This document shows positions 1 to 11,800 of a stretch of DNA of 64,000 nt, one piece after another (the first letter of the stretch is position 1; each line of letters starts with the position of its first letter). This DNA is from a virus (Duplodnaviria; Caudoviricetes). Under the pieces are notes generated by a model that saw only the letters and a list, made by a program, of their open reading frames with translations, did not search any database and was not told the origin of the DNA. Where the stretch lies: the IMG/VR virus record IMGVR_UViG_3300002055_000003, positions 1 to 64,000 of that record, one strand, 5' to 3'. Both the position numbers and the translations under genes were made by a program.

Positions 1-83
1 ATACAGTTTATAAAATTCTGCAAAAAATATGATCTAAGGAAGGTTTCAGATGGATCAGATCAATACATCAAGATGTTAAGTCT

Positions 84-584
84 TTAATCCCAAAACTCTT
101 CATCATCCATCGGTGGGCGTGAACTTTCATCAAAAGAATTATCAGTTGATCTATATTTGTCATTACTGAATTGATTGTGCCTATAATCACTCATTGGCTG
201 TCGAGAATTTCTATTAGGAGGCAATCTTGTTTCTTCTACATTTGATCTATCCCATCGAGTAAATCCACCCGTTGACCACGAACGACCTGTGTTTGTATAT
301 AGGCCAAATACAGCAGCTGACGCTCCTACCATGACAGTAACCAACGATGCATGTTGAGTTGTTGGTGCTTGTGAAATACACAAATCACCCAATGCTTTGA
401 TATCACAACCTTCTATTAATGTCGGTTCCAATCCCATATACCAAGATACAATAACCCAACATAGATAACCATAAGCTGCAACAAGTACTCGTGGTATCGT
501 TCTCCAAGCATCAAATAGCTCAGCAGAAGTCAATACTCTAAGTCGAATACGATCAATTTGGGTTTTTGTGTCCTTTGCTTTCAT
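84..584 (-). CDS. Small membrane protein, holin-like candidate; likely start at 584 (MKAKDTK) rather than 611
   Basis: Hydrophobic segments (RVLVAAYGYLCWVIVSWYMG; HASLVTVMVGASAAVFGLY) followed by a charged tail. TAAATA at 595..590 lies 5 nt before the ATG at 584. Confidence 0.45.
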   Translation of the reverse strand: MKAKDTKTQIDRIRLRVLTSAELFDAWRTIPRVLVAAYGYLCWVIVSWYMGLEPTLIEGCDIKALGDLCISQAPTTQHASLVTVMVGASAAVFGLYTNTGRSWSTGGFTRWDRSNVEETRLPPNRNSRQPMSDYRHNQFSNDKYRSTDNSFDESSRPPMDDEEFWD

Positions 585-621
585 CATAGTATTTAGCAAA
601 ATCGCCCTCATTTTTAATCAC

Positions 622-631
622 TAAATATTTA
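622..631. promoter_or_regulatory. Palindromic TAAATATTTA: late-promoter box on both strands between divergent genes
   Basis: Perfect 10-bp palindrome containing TAAATA on each strand. Confidence 0.55.
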
Positions 632-665
632 CATAGAACAAAATAACTTATTGGAGATAACGTTC

Positions 666-1121
666 ATGTCATTAGTAAAAATTCAAACTCAAATTCCTCA
701 CGTTTATCGGATCGACTTACATAATGAAGGAGTTGCGCATGAATGTGCGGTTGTATGTGAAGATAAATTTGACAATCTTTATTATATTAAAATTGCTGAA
801 TTGGATAAAATTGATCGTGCTCGATTGGCGAAAATTTTACAACACCGATATATCAAATCTCTACCATTATGGGATGTTATGAGTCAGTCAACACTTAAGA
901 ATGGTATGAATGCTCTTGAATATTTTCAACAACTTGTTAAAGCGATTACTCCTGCTGGAAAGCCTTTTACTCCTTCATCTGGTGCTAGTGGCTACTCTGT
1001 TAATCAGCAGATGGAAATCAAAGCAAGACAAACTGCTCAACAAGAAGAACATGCAAATACAGTTAAGGCTGAGCAAGAACTTCAGGCAGCACGAGAGTTG
1101 TTAGAGAAAAACGGTGGTTAA
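666..1121 (+). CDS. Hypothetical phage protein
   Basis: GGAG Shine-Dalgarno at ~653 before ATG 666; late promoter at 622; ends at a bidirectional terminator. Confidence 0.75.
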   Translation: MSLVKIQTQIPHVYRIDLHNEGVAHECAVVCEDKFDNLYYIKIAELDKIDRARLAKILQHRYIKSLPLWDVMSQSTLKNGMNALEYFQQLVKAITPAGKPFTPSSGASGYSVNQQMEIKARQTAQQEEHANTVKAEQELQAARELLEKNGG

Positions 1122-1141
1122 TATTTAGTTGCTATAAAAGT

Positions 1142-1168
1142 AAAAAAGGGAGCCTTGGCTCCCTTTTT
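1142..1168. terminator. Bidirectional intrinsic terminator
   Basis: AAAAAA-GGGAGC-cttg-GCTCCC-TTTTT between convergent genes. Confidence 0.9.
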
Positions 1169-1182
1169 ATTTGGAAGATGAA

Positions 1183-2334
1183 TTAAGTTGTTCTACCAAC
1201 TGAAACAGTCAATGTGTATGTGATTGTTATCTGTCGTTCTGATGACTTATATATTGGTTGAAATATTAGGTGTGTTAACAATCGCTCACCTTCTCTAGTA
1301 GAATCACTAGAATTGTTCTCAACACCCGCATCTTGACCCGGTACTGGGGTTAAAATAGTCCCACCCAACGCATTAATTAAGTCAGTTCCATTAGTTCCAC
1401 CGGGAAAAATAGCTACACTAGACCCATCACCAGATGATGCACTTATTAACTGCAAGAAGCCAAATTTTTCTTCTGCGGTAGTGGATGGAAATTGTGTAGT
1501 ATCATCTGAAATTTTCAATGCAGCGCCAGCAAGTTGAATGCCTGATCCCCATGTAGAATCTCCTGTATTAAGAGCTTCTACCAAATCACCAAATAAAATT
1601 TCACCACTAGTACCGGTTCCAGCACCAACAGGTGGTGTAAATACAACAGAAATTGGTTGACCGCCATCTACAGAAAATAAAAATTCATAAGTAACACCCT
1701 CACTTAAATTTGTAGCGTCTACAGAAGTTTTATTACCAACATCTATGTTTACATATCCTGTTGTATCTGTCGCAGATGCACCACTTGTATACAAACCAAG
1801 TTCATCAAATACAAAAGAACCTGTTTCTGGTTGATTAACGCCAATACCAACCTGATTAGTAGGCTCGTTTGCATTAATTATAGAAGTAATTACTACTTCA
1901 GAAATGTTTCCAAGATCATTACTGACGACTCCTGTACCGCTTTCACCGGTCGGATCAGCACCACCTCCTGTGCGAGTACCGGATTGATCAGCAGAGCCTA
2001 TGTCCTGCCCGAGCAAGGATGATGTATCATCAACCACCTCAGAATATGTTTCATTGTAGAGACGTGATCTCCAATCAACAACGTCTGGTGGCACACCATC
2101 ATTTGGCGTATTGAAGGTGACATTCAATGAAGCGTCGGTGAGAGTACCCCCATTCCCAAGTGCTATTCGATACACTGAAGAATTTGGTTCGTTCGCCAAT
2201 GCTCTTGCAATTACACGAGCCATATTTCGTGGATGAATTGCATTTTTCTTGTTTAATAATTCAGTACCCTGATCGTCGGTAATTACAACATTACCAACAA
2301 CGGATATATTTAAATTATTTGAGGTATTTTTCAT
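1183..2334 (-). CDS. Virion structural protein (baseplate/tail-associated)
   Basis: Last gene of the baseplate operon; G/T/S/N-rich beta-structure composition; long clean ORF with an AGAG SD-like site. Confidence 0.6.
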   Translation of the reverse strand: MKNTSNNLNISVVGNVVITDDQGTELLNKKNAIHPRNMARVIARALANEPNSSVYRIALGNGGTLTDASLNVTFNTPNDGVPPDVVDWRSRLYNETYSEVVDDTSSLLGQDIGSADQSGTRTGGGADPTGESGTGVVSNDLGNISEVVITSIINANEPTNQVGIGVNQPETGSFVFDELGLYTSGASATDTTGYVNIDVGNKTSVDATNLSEGVTYEFLFSVDGGQPISVVFTPPVGAGTGTSGEILFGDLVEALNTGDSTWGSGIQLAGAALKISDDTTQFPSTTAEEKFGFLQLISASSGDGSSVAIFPGGTNGTDLINALGGTILTPVPGQDAGVENNSSDSTREGERLLTHLIFQPIYKSSERQITITYTLTVSVGRTT

Positions 2335-2346
2335 TATTCGTCTCTT

Positions 2347-3549
2347 TTAAGTTGTTTCTAAGAATCCAGTATCTGATGAAATATTTAGTGAATTAGACAC
2401 TGTTATTTCGACACTACTTCCAGTTTCTGTGATATTTGTGATTGTGTGTTGACCATTATTTCCAGCATCTTGTTCAACTATATTAATAACGTCGCCAACA
2501 CTTAAAAAATCTGCTACTGTTCGTCCATCCAATGCTAAAACAATAATATTTCCCGCTATCGTCTCTTTAATTAAAAATTGTTTGAAATCTATAACTTCGT
2601 CGGTCCCATCATTCCAACTAAACGTAATCCCCTCATCTATGTTTGTTTGAGTTAATCCCTCTGGAGTTGATTCCAATGCTGAAGATGGTATTACGTAATC
2701 TTCTGAGTATCCGAAAAATCCCTCAACAACTTTGGCACCTGTATAATCTGCCAATGGGTCTAAATCTTCAAGAAGATTAATAATAGTATTTGTTTGATCA
2801 AAGTATGAATTAGCTACTGTATATTGAAATTGATCACCATTCGCCAATAGTAAAAATAGTGATGCACCAAATGGATATGATGCAGTTACATCGCCGACTA
2901 TTTCAATATAATTATCCAATGTTGCTATATTGCCATCACCAAAAGTTGATGGGGATGGTGGTGTATATGGAGTTGACGCCAATGTGCCGGGACCAAGCAA
3001 TGGTGTTGTGCTATATCGAATTCTGGACGTATTTGTATCTGCACTGTTGCTAAGAACGACAGAATTTACATCCTCGGGTGTTAATCTAACATTTGCTGCC
3101 CATGATTCATCAGCCCCCAGCGCTAGTGTTGATTCATCTATTAACCCAGATAAAATCAATACAGTTCTTGGATTATCTGTTACTCCATTGGTTTGACCGG
3201 TTGTGACATAAGTTGATGAAGCTTCATAACCTTTTTTGTTAATATCCGTAGAATCAAATGCTCCACCTACTAAACTAGTATTCACTGCAATAATAGGAGT
3301 ATATCGTGCAGAATCATAATAACCAGACCCAAACCCGCCACCAAATTGAGATTCACTAAACTCAGAATCCAAATCTACGCGATCTATAAAAATACCAACA
3401 TCCAAAACAGATGATTCAGATAATGTTACATTAATATCTTCTTCATAAACATATTCAGTCAATACTTCAATAATCTTTGAATGATAGGGTTTAATTTCAT
3501 TAACATATTGAATCAACCCATCGATAGGATCAGTTATATCACTCATCAA
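2347..3549 (-). CDS. Virion structural protein (baseplate-associated)
   Basis: N-terminal YVNEIKPYHSKI motif typical of jumbo-phage baseplate proteins (recalled, not searched); overlaps the upstream gene end. Confidence 0.6.
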   Translation of the reverse strand: MMSDITDPIDGLIQYVNEIKPYHSKIIEVLTEYVYEEDINVTLSESSVLDVGIFIDRVDLDSEFSESQFGGGFGSGYYDSARYTPIIAVNTSLVGGAFDSTDINKKGYEASSTYVTTGQTNGVTDNPRTVLILSGLIDESTLALGADESWAANVRLTPEDVNSVVLSNSADTNTSRIRYSTTPLLGPGTLASTPYTPPSPSTFGDGNIATLDNYIEIVGDVTASYPFGASLFLLLANGDQFQYTVANSYFDQTNTIINLLEDLDPLADYTGAKVVEGFFGYSEDYVIPSSALESTPEGLTQTNIDEGITFSWNDGTDEVIDFKQFLIKETIAGNIIVLALDGRTVADFLSVGDVINIVEQDAGNNGQHTITNITETGSSVEITVSNSLNISSDTGFLETT

Positions 3550-5812
3550 ACGCTTCCTTAGTATCTAAAACTTTAACACCATATACTGATATCATTGATG
3601 TTTTTAGAAGTTTAGCATATTCTGTTTTATTAGACAATGCATCATTTAAAAACAAAAAGAACATTCTATTAACATCTTCAACTGGGAATGTTGAATATAT
3701 TAAATCCATACTTGTAATTATATCGTCTGGGGTATCGAAACTATTTAAAGTTAAGAATGATGCAACATCAACACCTCTAAATTCATTTTCAACATCATTA
3801 ATATCTGCTAATAATGTAGTCAATGCCTGTGTACCATTGGTAAATGCCTGACCGTTTCCTAAACCATATCGTGTTGTGTCATTGTTTTGTGTATCGTATA
3901 ACTGTCTAGCTATAGATGGAATTATTGATGATGGATTCTCTAATTCATGTCCAACCATACTCTCTGTTACTTTGTCCCACAAATACCGATCAATTTTACT
4001 TTGCTGATTTTCTCTAAACATAGACCATTGTTTATGTAATTTTTTATTATCTAAATCTGATTTAGAATCATCAGTAAAGTCTTTTCTAAATCTTATGGTG
4101 TATCGATTATCTTCTTGTATGAATTTACCTACATTTCGAATTACTGCGCGAGTATATCGAACCGGCAACTCATCAATTCTAGATGGTTTATTTGATTCAT
4201 AACTGACTGCTACTGTATCATTTAAATTAACGCTTCTAGTCACCAATATTGAACGTTTATCTAAGATAATATACTCACCAGACTTTGTTATTTCCGATCT
4301 TTCAGAAATAACATCTCCATTAATCGTTAATAATAACGTATCACTAGAATCAATAGTTGTACCAGTAACATCATCAAATGATTCCATATCGGACCCAAGC
4401 CTTAATATAAATCCTCCAAAATTAGAAATTGATGGACTTAATTCAAAGCCAGTTCCTGATGTTTGAGATGAACTAAGTTGAATTAATGTGTCGCCAATAT
4501 TAGGCTGAATATCACCATTGTATACAATTTCAAAGTCAGTGATCTCACCACTAGAGTTCCCATCACTGCTTATCACGCGCACCAAAACACCACCAGTCAA
4601 TTCAATTATATCATCTGGCTGATAACCTATTCCGGGCGCATAAGTGCCGTTATTAGGCGTTATGCCGCTTGCGTTGGAATATGAATCTTGTTGTTGTCCA
4701 ATCTGTAGATATTGTACATCGTCAACAAAATGCTCATTCTTGATTGAAAAACTAAAATCAACATCAACATTCTCTTTAATTGTAGATTCGTTTCGTGTTG
4801 CTGGTGTTGGGTTCTGAAGAACCAAATAAGGTCGATTTATAAACGTCCAACTATTCTCAATTTCCTTAGCAGAAAGATCATTGTCTTGTGCTCTGGTCAA
4901 TTTATCTTCAACCCAAAAATAATATTTTGTTATAGGCTCTCCCAATGATGTAAATGATTCTACTTCTGTATATTCATATGATCGTCGGATAATTTCTTCT
5001 TCAGCGGCTGCTTCAAGTGTATCTTCATCTACGTTATAATCATGTACTATTTGAACAGTATCCGATTCTCTTAAGTTAGTAACTGTGATAATATCATCAA
5101 CATCCGTTTGTGTTATAAGTTCGTTCTGGCGAAAGATACCATTTACATAAACATTGTAGTTTCCAATTCCAAAATGATCAGCTTGTAAGAAATCTACTGG
5201 GACTGTGAATTGATATTCACCAAAAGTTTGTTCAGTTCCATCAATAACAACTGAATAGTCAATAACATAATTAACCAATTCTTGGTATTCAATTGTAAAA
5301 TCGGGAGCTGGGCCTAGTATAATCAAAAAGATGGTTTCTTTCGGTGTACCAGATTTTTGTAGATGTTCAGGTATTTCTGTGTTTCCCTGTTCATCTTCGA
5401 CTAATTCAGCATAATCCTCTGGATGTACATCTGATTCAACCCATTCATAAACCTTAAACGAAGAATATTCAGCTTGCTTACCCCATTGCTCAAGTCTTTC
5501 ATCAGTTGTTCTGAAAATACTTTCGTCATAATATGGAATATATGCAAGATTTTTTGTATCTAACCAAATCTTCCCAACCTCACCAGCACTCCAAGCCTCT
5601 TTTGTAACAAAACCCTCTGGACGTTCTGGTTCTATTTTTGTACGCTCAGTTCTGTTGAAAAATGCTGGCGGAATATCAGTTATAATATCCACATCATTAA
5701 ATGCCTGTTGATTGTAAATTCCGCGTGCTGGATCAAACAGATTGATATTACTAACAACAACATCACTATCTATCCGTTGCCAATAAAGGCTCTGAAAAGA
5801 ATATCTCATCAA
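3539..5812 (-). CDS. Large baseplate/virion protein, possibly the C-terminal part of the upstream giant ORF
   Basis: 757-aa ORF overlapping the upstream 2684-aa ORF by 47 nt; weak start context. Confidence 0.7.
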   Translation of the reverse strand: MMRYSFQSLYWQRIDSDVVVSNINLFDPARGIYNQQAFNDVDIITDIPPAFFNRTERTKIEPERPEGFVTKEAWSAGEVGKIWLDTKNLAYIPYYDESIFRTTDERLEQWGKQAEYSSFKVYEWVESDVHPEDYAELVEDEQGNTEIPEHLQKSGTPKETIFLIILGPAPDFTIEYQELVNYVIDYSVVIDGTEQTFGEYQFTVPVDFLQADHFGIGNYNVYVNGIFRQNELITQTDVDDIITVTNLRESDTVQIVHDYNVDEDTLEAAAEEEIIRRSYEYTEVESFTSLGEPITKYYFWVEDKLTRAQDNDLSAKEIENSWTFINRPYLVLQNPTPATRNESTIKENVDVDFSFSIKNEHFVDDVQYLQIGQQQDSYSNASGITPNNGTYAPGIGYQPDDIIELTGGVLVRVISSDGNSSGEITDFEIVYNGDIQPNIGDTLIQLSSSQTSGTGFELSPSISNFGGFILRLGSDMESFDDVTGTTIDSSDTLLLTINGDVISERSEITKSGEYIILDKRSILVTRSVNLNDTVAVSYESNKPSRIDELPVRYTRAVIRNVGKFIQEDNRYTIRFRKDFTDDSKSDLDNKKLHKQWSMFRENQQSKIDRYLWDKVTESMVGHELENPSSIIPSIARQLYDTQNNDTTRYGLGNGQAFTNGTQALTTLLADINDVENEFRGVDVASFLTLNSFDTPDDIITSMDLIYSTFPVEDVNRMFFLFLNDALSNKTEYAKLLKTSMISVYGVKVLDTKEAFDE

Positions 5813-8800
5813 CAGTTTCCAAAATCGAACTACTTTGGTTTACGTCAGAATAGTCTGATGGTGTTTGCATAACAATACCATTCTTAAAGACTTTCGTTTG
5901 TCCAACAAAAGGAATGTATCTGTTTCGTAATTTTAGCGTCGTATCGCCAGCAGCGAACCCATCACCAACTGTGTAAGAATCAATACCAACCTCTGGAAAT
6001 TCTACGACAATAACAACATTATCACTCATAAAGTTATGTGTAATGGTTGGCGTCGGCTGTCCAATATAGTCGGAAAGAGTAACTTCCATACTCCCGACTG
6101 GAGCAGACTCAAAATATATAACAAGTCCGTTATCTTCTAAAATATTAGCCTGATCTGGTTGTTTGTACCAACGAGAACTATCATTGAGTGATATTGCAAT
6201 AAATTCACCCGTATCAATTTGATCTGCGCTGGTTATAATGTCATAACCACCAATACCATATGTAGAAATTTCATAACCGGGCTTAGCTACTTCAGTACCT
6301 TCAATAAATTCGAACTTTACATTGTTGTCAACAACATCTCCAGTATTGATGAAAACTTGTGGAAATTCTTGCTCCTCAACTGATCCGAAGTCGGCAATTT
6401 CATATGCCCAAAACTCATCAATTTGTGCATCTATAAACTTTTTCGAGTTGATAAATGAATCAATAGAGCGAGTTGAACCCTTTACTTGAATCAAGCCTTG
6501 CCAAAAAAGAAATTGTGATTTTTCATTAATATCTATGCTATTAAGATAAGATTCAGTTGAATTTTCATTATAACCAAGTGTCTCTCTTGCATATGGTGCA
6601 TAACGATTACTTTCGTTTTCTGCGACAGAACCATATGCATATCTAAGATCATCAACCATTCTTTCTATATTATCAATTGTTGATAGATTTCGACCCTCGC
6701 TTATTATGGTACTACCTCCAATATTTGGACGGAGAGTTTTCTCATCTGGGCGATTAAAGTCTATATTGAATCTTTGTATATTCAACCCAACAAAACCATC
6801 ATACAGCAAGTCATCGTCATTAGTATAATCTTCAAATTCAACAATGTGTTCGTATGTATCTACATAGAAAGTTGCTGCACTAATATAGTGATATCCCTCA
6901 CTCCCAAGATCATCAATTTCATCGACCACTGTGGTATCGTCAATCCTTCGAATGGTTGTTAGTTGGATATCAGTTTTCTTATCATGTCTATTAATAATAA
7001 AATCACTAATTAACAATGGATCGCCATATTGATCCCTAAGAGAATTTGCAACATTGATATCAGAAAATGGTCCTTTAATAACATCGGATACAACACCAAA
7101 TGGAGGCATAAAAGATAAACGATCTTTGAATGTGTTGACTTCTATTTTAGGATATCTGGTTACGTTATCAACCGCTGCATACAATTCAATCTCATTTGCA
7201 GAACCATTGTCTAATAGTGTTATTGGAATACCAGCAGATGCTTTGTTTACACTATTTGCCAAACTAAATGTGCCGTCCAAATTGATTATAATATAATATG
7301 GAATCTTTGGCAGGAATGGTGCGGGAAGACCAGTGCCTGTTTTAGATACTACATTTACTGCATAACCATTTGGTATTGGGGAATCAACAAACCCATCAAC
7401 CCAAGACCATGTATTTGTTTGTACATCAGGTTTAACCTGAAATCTATTTCCAATTGTTCGATTCCGTAGCTTCTGTCTTACAGAAAAACTATAATCAATG
7501 AATCGCTCAATTTGATTTTGCCAACCAAAAGTATCATCGGAAAATGTAAACCCTTCTTCGCGCAATTTTTCAACATATCCATCAACAACATTAATATATT
7601 CTTGAACGCCATTTATAACTCCGGGCATATTAATAGTTTTTTCAATTCTAGTATCTAGTTGATAGTGTCTCCAATAATTATCAGTGTTGACAGAATTTCC
7701 GACAATAAATGTATTAACAATCTCACCAACGTAATGTACTGATGTTCCAGAATTTACTAGTGTTATTGGTAGATTTGCAATTGCGGTTCTTTCTGTTTCT
7801 GCAACACGAAATTCCGTATCAGATAATTTTATAATGAAATATTGAATTGGTCCAATTGGTGGTGTATCTCCAAATAAAGGTGCAGGTAATTTTCTCTCAG
7901 TAGTAAACCAAACACTATCTCCAGTTTCCCAAGGAAGTGTAGTAACGTCTGCACTAACCAATTCACCAACTGTGATTGAAGATAGATCGTCATTGAAATA
8001 TAGTACTGTTTTATTATCTGATTCGTTATATGAAACAGCGAATATTTCAAGTTCGCTTCCAGAAGAAAATGTTGCAAGTTCTTTTGCCTTAAAAACATCT
8101 GTTAGATCATTATCCAGTTCAATTGTTTTTCTAATTAGCTCGATATCACGTATTTTATACGTGTAAATTTTCATCGTATTTGTTTCAACATCTGCATAGA
8201 AAGGATAATTTTTCACGCCATAATATGAGATCGAATTGTTTCTTGTTGAATTGTTTGATACCTGAATTTTCCATAAGTGAGAATTGTCATAGTTAATCAC
8301 CTTTGGTGGGATGCCCAATAAAGTAGTAGATAGGCCATTAATAGAAAAACTCTTAACCCCGTTCGTCTTTTTGATATGAACAGAATAATCAATATTTGAT
8401 TCAACGCTAATCTGTTGATTTGAAATATCTAATGTACGAACGTCTATAAATGAATTGAACCGATAAGATAATGGCGCATTCCATGTAGTCCAGAGTTGAT
8501 AAAAGTTAGACGCATTCGTATCAACATTTGTGTATCTATTGTAGTTTATATACCACTGATTAATCCCGTTAAATTTTACTATTTGATCATCGTCGTCGAG
8601 TGATCCATGAAATGTAGTCCTCTTATACGAGGGTACATTTTTAGTTTTAGTATCAATTAAGAGTCCGTCAATTGTTATAGTTTCAAATCCAAATGTATTT
8701 GTTACGAAATAAATTGGTGATTCAATGTAAGACTGAACTGCATAATCATATAAAAATTGAGATGAATTTCTCCATTCATATTCAGTTGATGAATTTTCAC

Positions 8801-11800
8801 CAAAAACATAATTATCTGAAGGGTTTAAGATTTCAAAACTGAAATTATTAAATAAACTTTTGTTGTCAGTAATAGATGGAATTCCAGCAGAAATATAATC
8901 AAAATATGGAGGATATAGATCATCAGGTTCATAAAAATTTACTGAATCAGATGATACTGCAACATCACCCACATTAACACTAAAATAATCATACTGAGTT
9001 ACTTCACCAGATACACCTGTTGAAACATTTCCGTTTGGTAGTAGACGCGATGTTGGAACAATTCCTTTACCTATATTTGACCACATTCCGACGCCATTGA
9101 TGTGCTTCCAGCGGCGTGATCCATAAACAGTAGGATCAGTATTCTTGTATTCATCGTCCCACCATGTCGGCTTCCCATCATAACCTTGGAGTTTCCAAGG
9201 CTCTAAATTTGGATATGGCGTATTATAAAATTGTTGATACAGTGCCTTCCAATATACGGCGCTTTCAGCGCCCGTATTTGTACTTGGACTTGGTAAGCTT
9301 CCTTTGTACAATAAACCAGTGTCAACAGAAGTTATTGGCTCATTGACCACGATCTTAGTTGTTTGTTCACTCAAATCTTCATCAATTAGACTGACATTAA
9401 CAGTCCATAGCCCATCATTGTTACCAGAATTTTTTATATAAAAGAATGGACTTGTTGAAAATATAGTGGCGACGGTGCCAGAGACAATAAAAGCGTTTTC
9501 GGTAAGATCAATAGCTTGAATTGAATAACTATTACCAAACACAGAACTTTTATAATTCCAACTAAATGGGTCAGTAGCATCATAATCAGTATTTAAAAAG
9601 GGTAGTTCATCCCCAATATTTTTCGTGTAGCCAAGAAAGTATTCTTCTAAATTAGAAGTTACCGCAAAATCTCCATTCTTGATTTCTTTAGATTTGTCAT
9701 ACAATCTGTTTTCAATATCTAAAATTGAATTTAATACTAATTCATTTAAATCAATTTCTCTCCAAATGCTAACACTTGATAATTCTATAGAAGTTCCGTT
9801 GATTAAATCACCTGCACTTGCAACAGGAACTACGTTCCACGCAACTCCATCCGAATACTTAAGTTCTCCAGTAGCTACTACTGATGTATCAGTGTCAAAC
9901 CAAAAAGTATTCTCTATCGTGTCGGGTATTGCTACACTGCCCGATTGAATAAAATCTACATATGCAAAATATAATTTCTTGGTAGATGTGTCAATCCAAT
10001 AATATCCTCCCACAAAATCTTCAAGTGTTGTCACATTAACTAAGTCTGTAACATTAGTTGCAGGGGTTGTTGTTTGAACAGTACCTTGCGATGGGTTATT
10101 GGTATAAAAATTAAGAATTGTATCAAACAATTCATCTTTTTTTGATGTACTTAATGCATAATTAACACGATGACCGTCATGATGTACCAATTCATATAAA
10201 TCTAAAACTGGATCAACATTTGTAGATGGTTGTATTGCTGGAAGAATGCCAATATTTGGCAAGGTTGCAATCCAATTACGGACGCCTTCTCCAGTAGAAA
10301 TATCAAAAACTGTTGAATCGCCATATATAAACTCTAAATTAGAATTTAAAGAACGGTCTGCAACGTTTTTTGAAATCAATATATTCTCAATATCTTCACT
10401 TTCTGGTATTTCGGTCAATGTCTGTGTAATATTTGCAATAGAAATATCTCTAGCATCGTCCAATAAAATCTGATATTGATTTTGAGCAAATTCAAATAGA
10501 TTTGGGATTATTATATTATCAACAAAGACAGAAGAAATAAATGTTGAAAAATTGTTGTTGTATTGATGAATCTTTCCACCGATACCCAAGTCAATGTCTT
10601 CCTGCTGCAATGTATGATATTGCGATCTAAGATCACCGACATAACCGGCAACTCGATTTTGTGAATTTATGATAGATTCAAAATGTCCAACTAACTCACG
10701 AGTCGTAATCTCTTTGCGATTTTCATTTTGTACATTGAAGTAAAAATAATCAGGCAATGTCCAATCGCCAATCCACTCTCCTGTTTCAGACAAATTATTC
10801 TGCTGGCTTGTAAGCCACATAGTCTGTGCAAGCTCATCAACTTGTTCATCAGTAAATGTTGGATTGTTAAATTTTAATAATTCAGTCTGTCCTGTAGTAT
10901 AAGCGACTCGTTCAATATTATATTCTTCTTGCGTTCTTCCATTCCAATCCTTTTTAACTGGAACGTAATCATTATTCGCCTTTTTCCATATAGTACTAAT
11001 GGCTGGATTTGAAATAGAAATTTCAACAGAAGTTATTTCGACAAAATTACCAGCTTCATATATAAACAATTTTTCTTGATTGGGGCTGAACCATACAAGA
11101 CCATCAAATAATACATCTGGTGTTTCATTTGAAACTATTGCTCTTTTGAATGTATCTCCTTGAACAAATTTATCATTCCACACACCATTATTGTTTTTAT
11201 ATACTACTGAATCACCAACCCAATACTCATTGGTTGGTGTTGTTGCGTATGCATACAATTGATTTGAATCACTAATTAATGATTGTTCAAATGTATAATT
11301 TTCTGTCAATGAATCAACTTCAACTCGCAAACCCAATTCAGTCGCAATGGTTTGTTCTTGATTTGTTTTAAATGCAAACAACGGTGCTGCAATATTTGCA
11401 TTAGTCCCATCAACATTATATAGACTAAATTGCGGATATTGATTTGTTTCCGTCTTTATCTGTTCTGTTTTTTTGTACCTAACCGCACTAATCAGTGTTT
11501 TCCTATCATTAAAAGGCGTTTGGGTGTATTCACTATCATTTTCTATAGTTCTCACCCTAATGTTAGTCAATCCATGATCTTCCAATGCAGATGTGCCAAT
11601 TTCAATCAAAATTTCATCAAGAGTTGATAGCACTACATCAGAATCTACTTCAATACCAATCACAAATTCATTTGTAGCTGTATCTTCTATCTCAGAATAT
11701 CCGCCATATAAACGCACTCCATTTAAATACACACGAAGATCGTTTTGGTCTAGAATAATTTTATCTCTAAGATTACTATTTGCAAACTCAAATGTTCTAT

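Noticed and set aside
1122-1128. Minus-strand TAAATA antisense to the 666-1121 gene
   Set aside because: A single hexamer in AT-rich DNA with no downstream start or other support; likely chance.
5766-5771. Stop-codon reassignment (TAG read-through) explaining the split giant gene
   Set aside because: TAG is followed by TGA and the downstream ORF is in another frame; TAG is used as a normal stop elsewhere (gp55) and coding density is high under the standard code.
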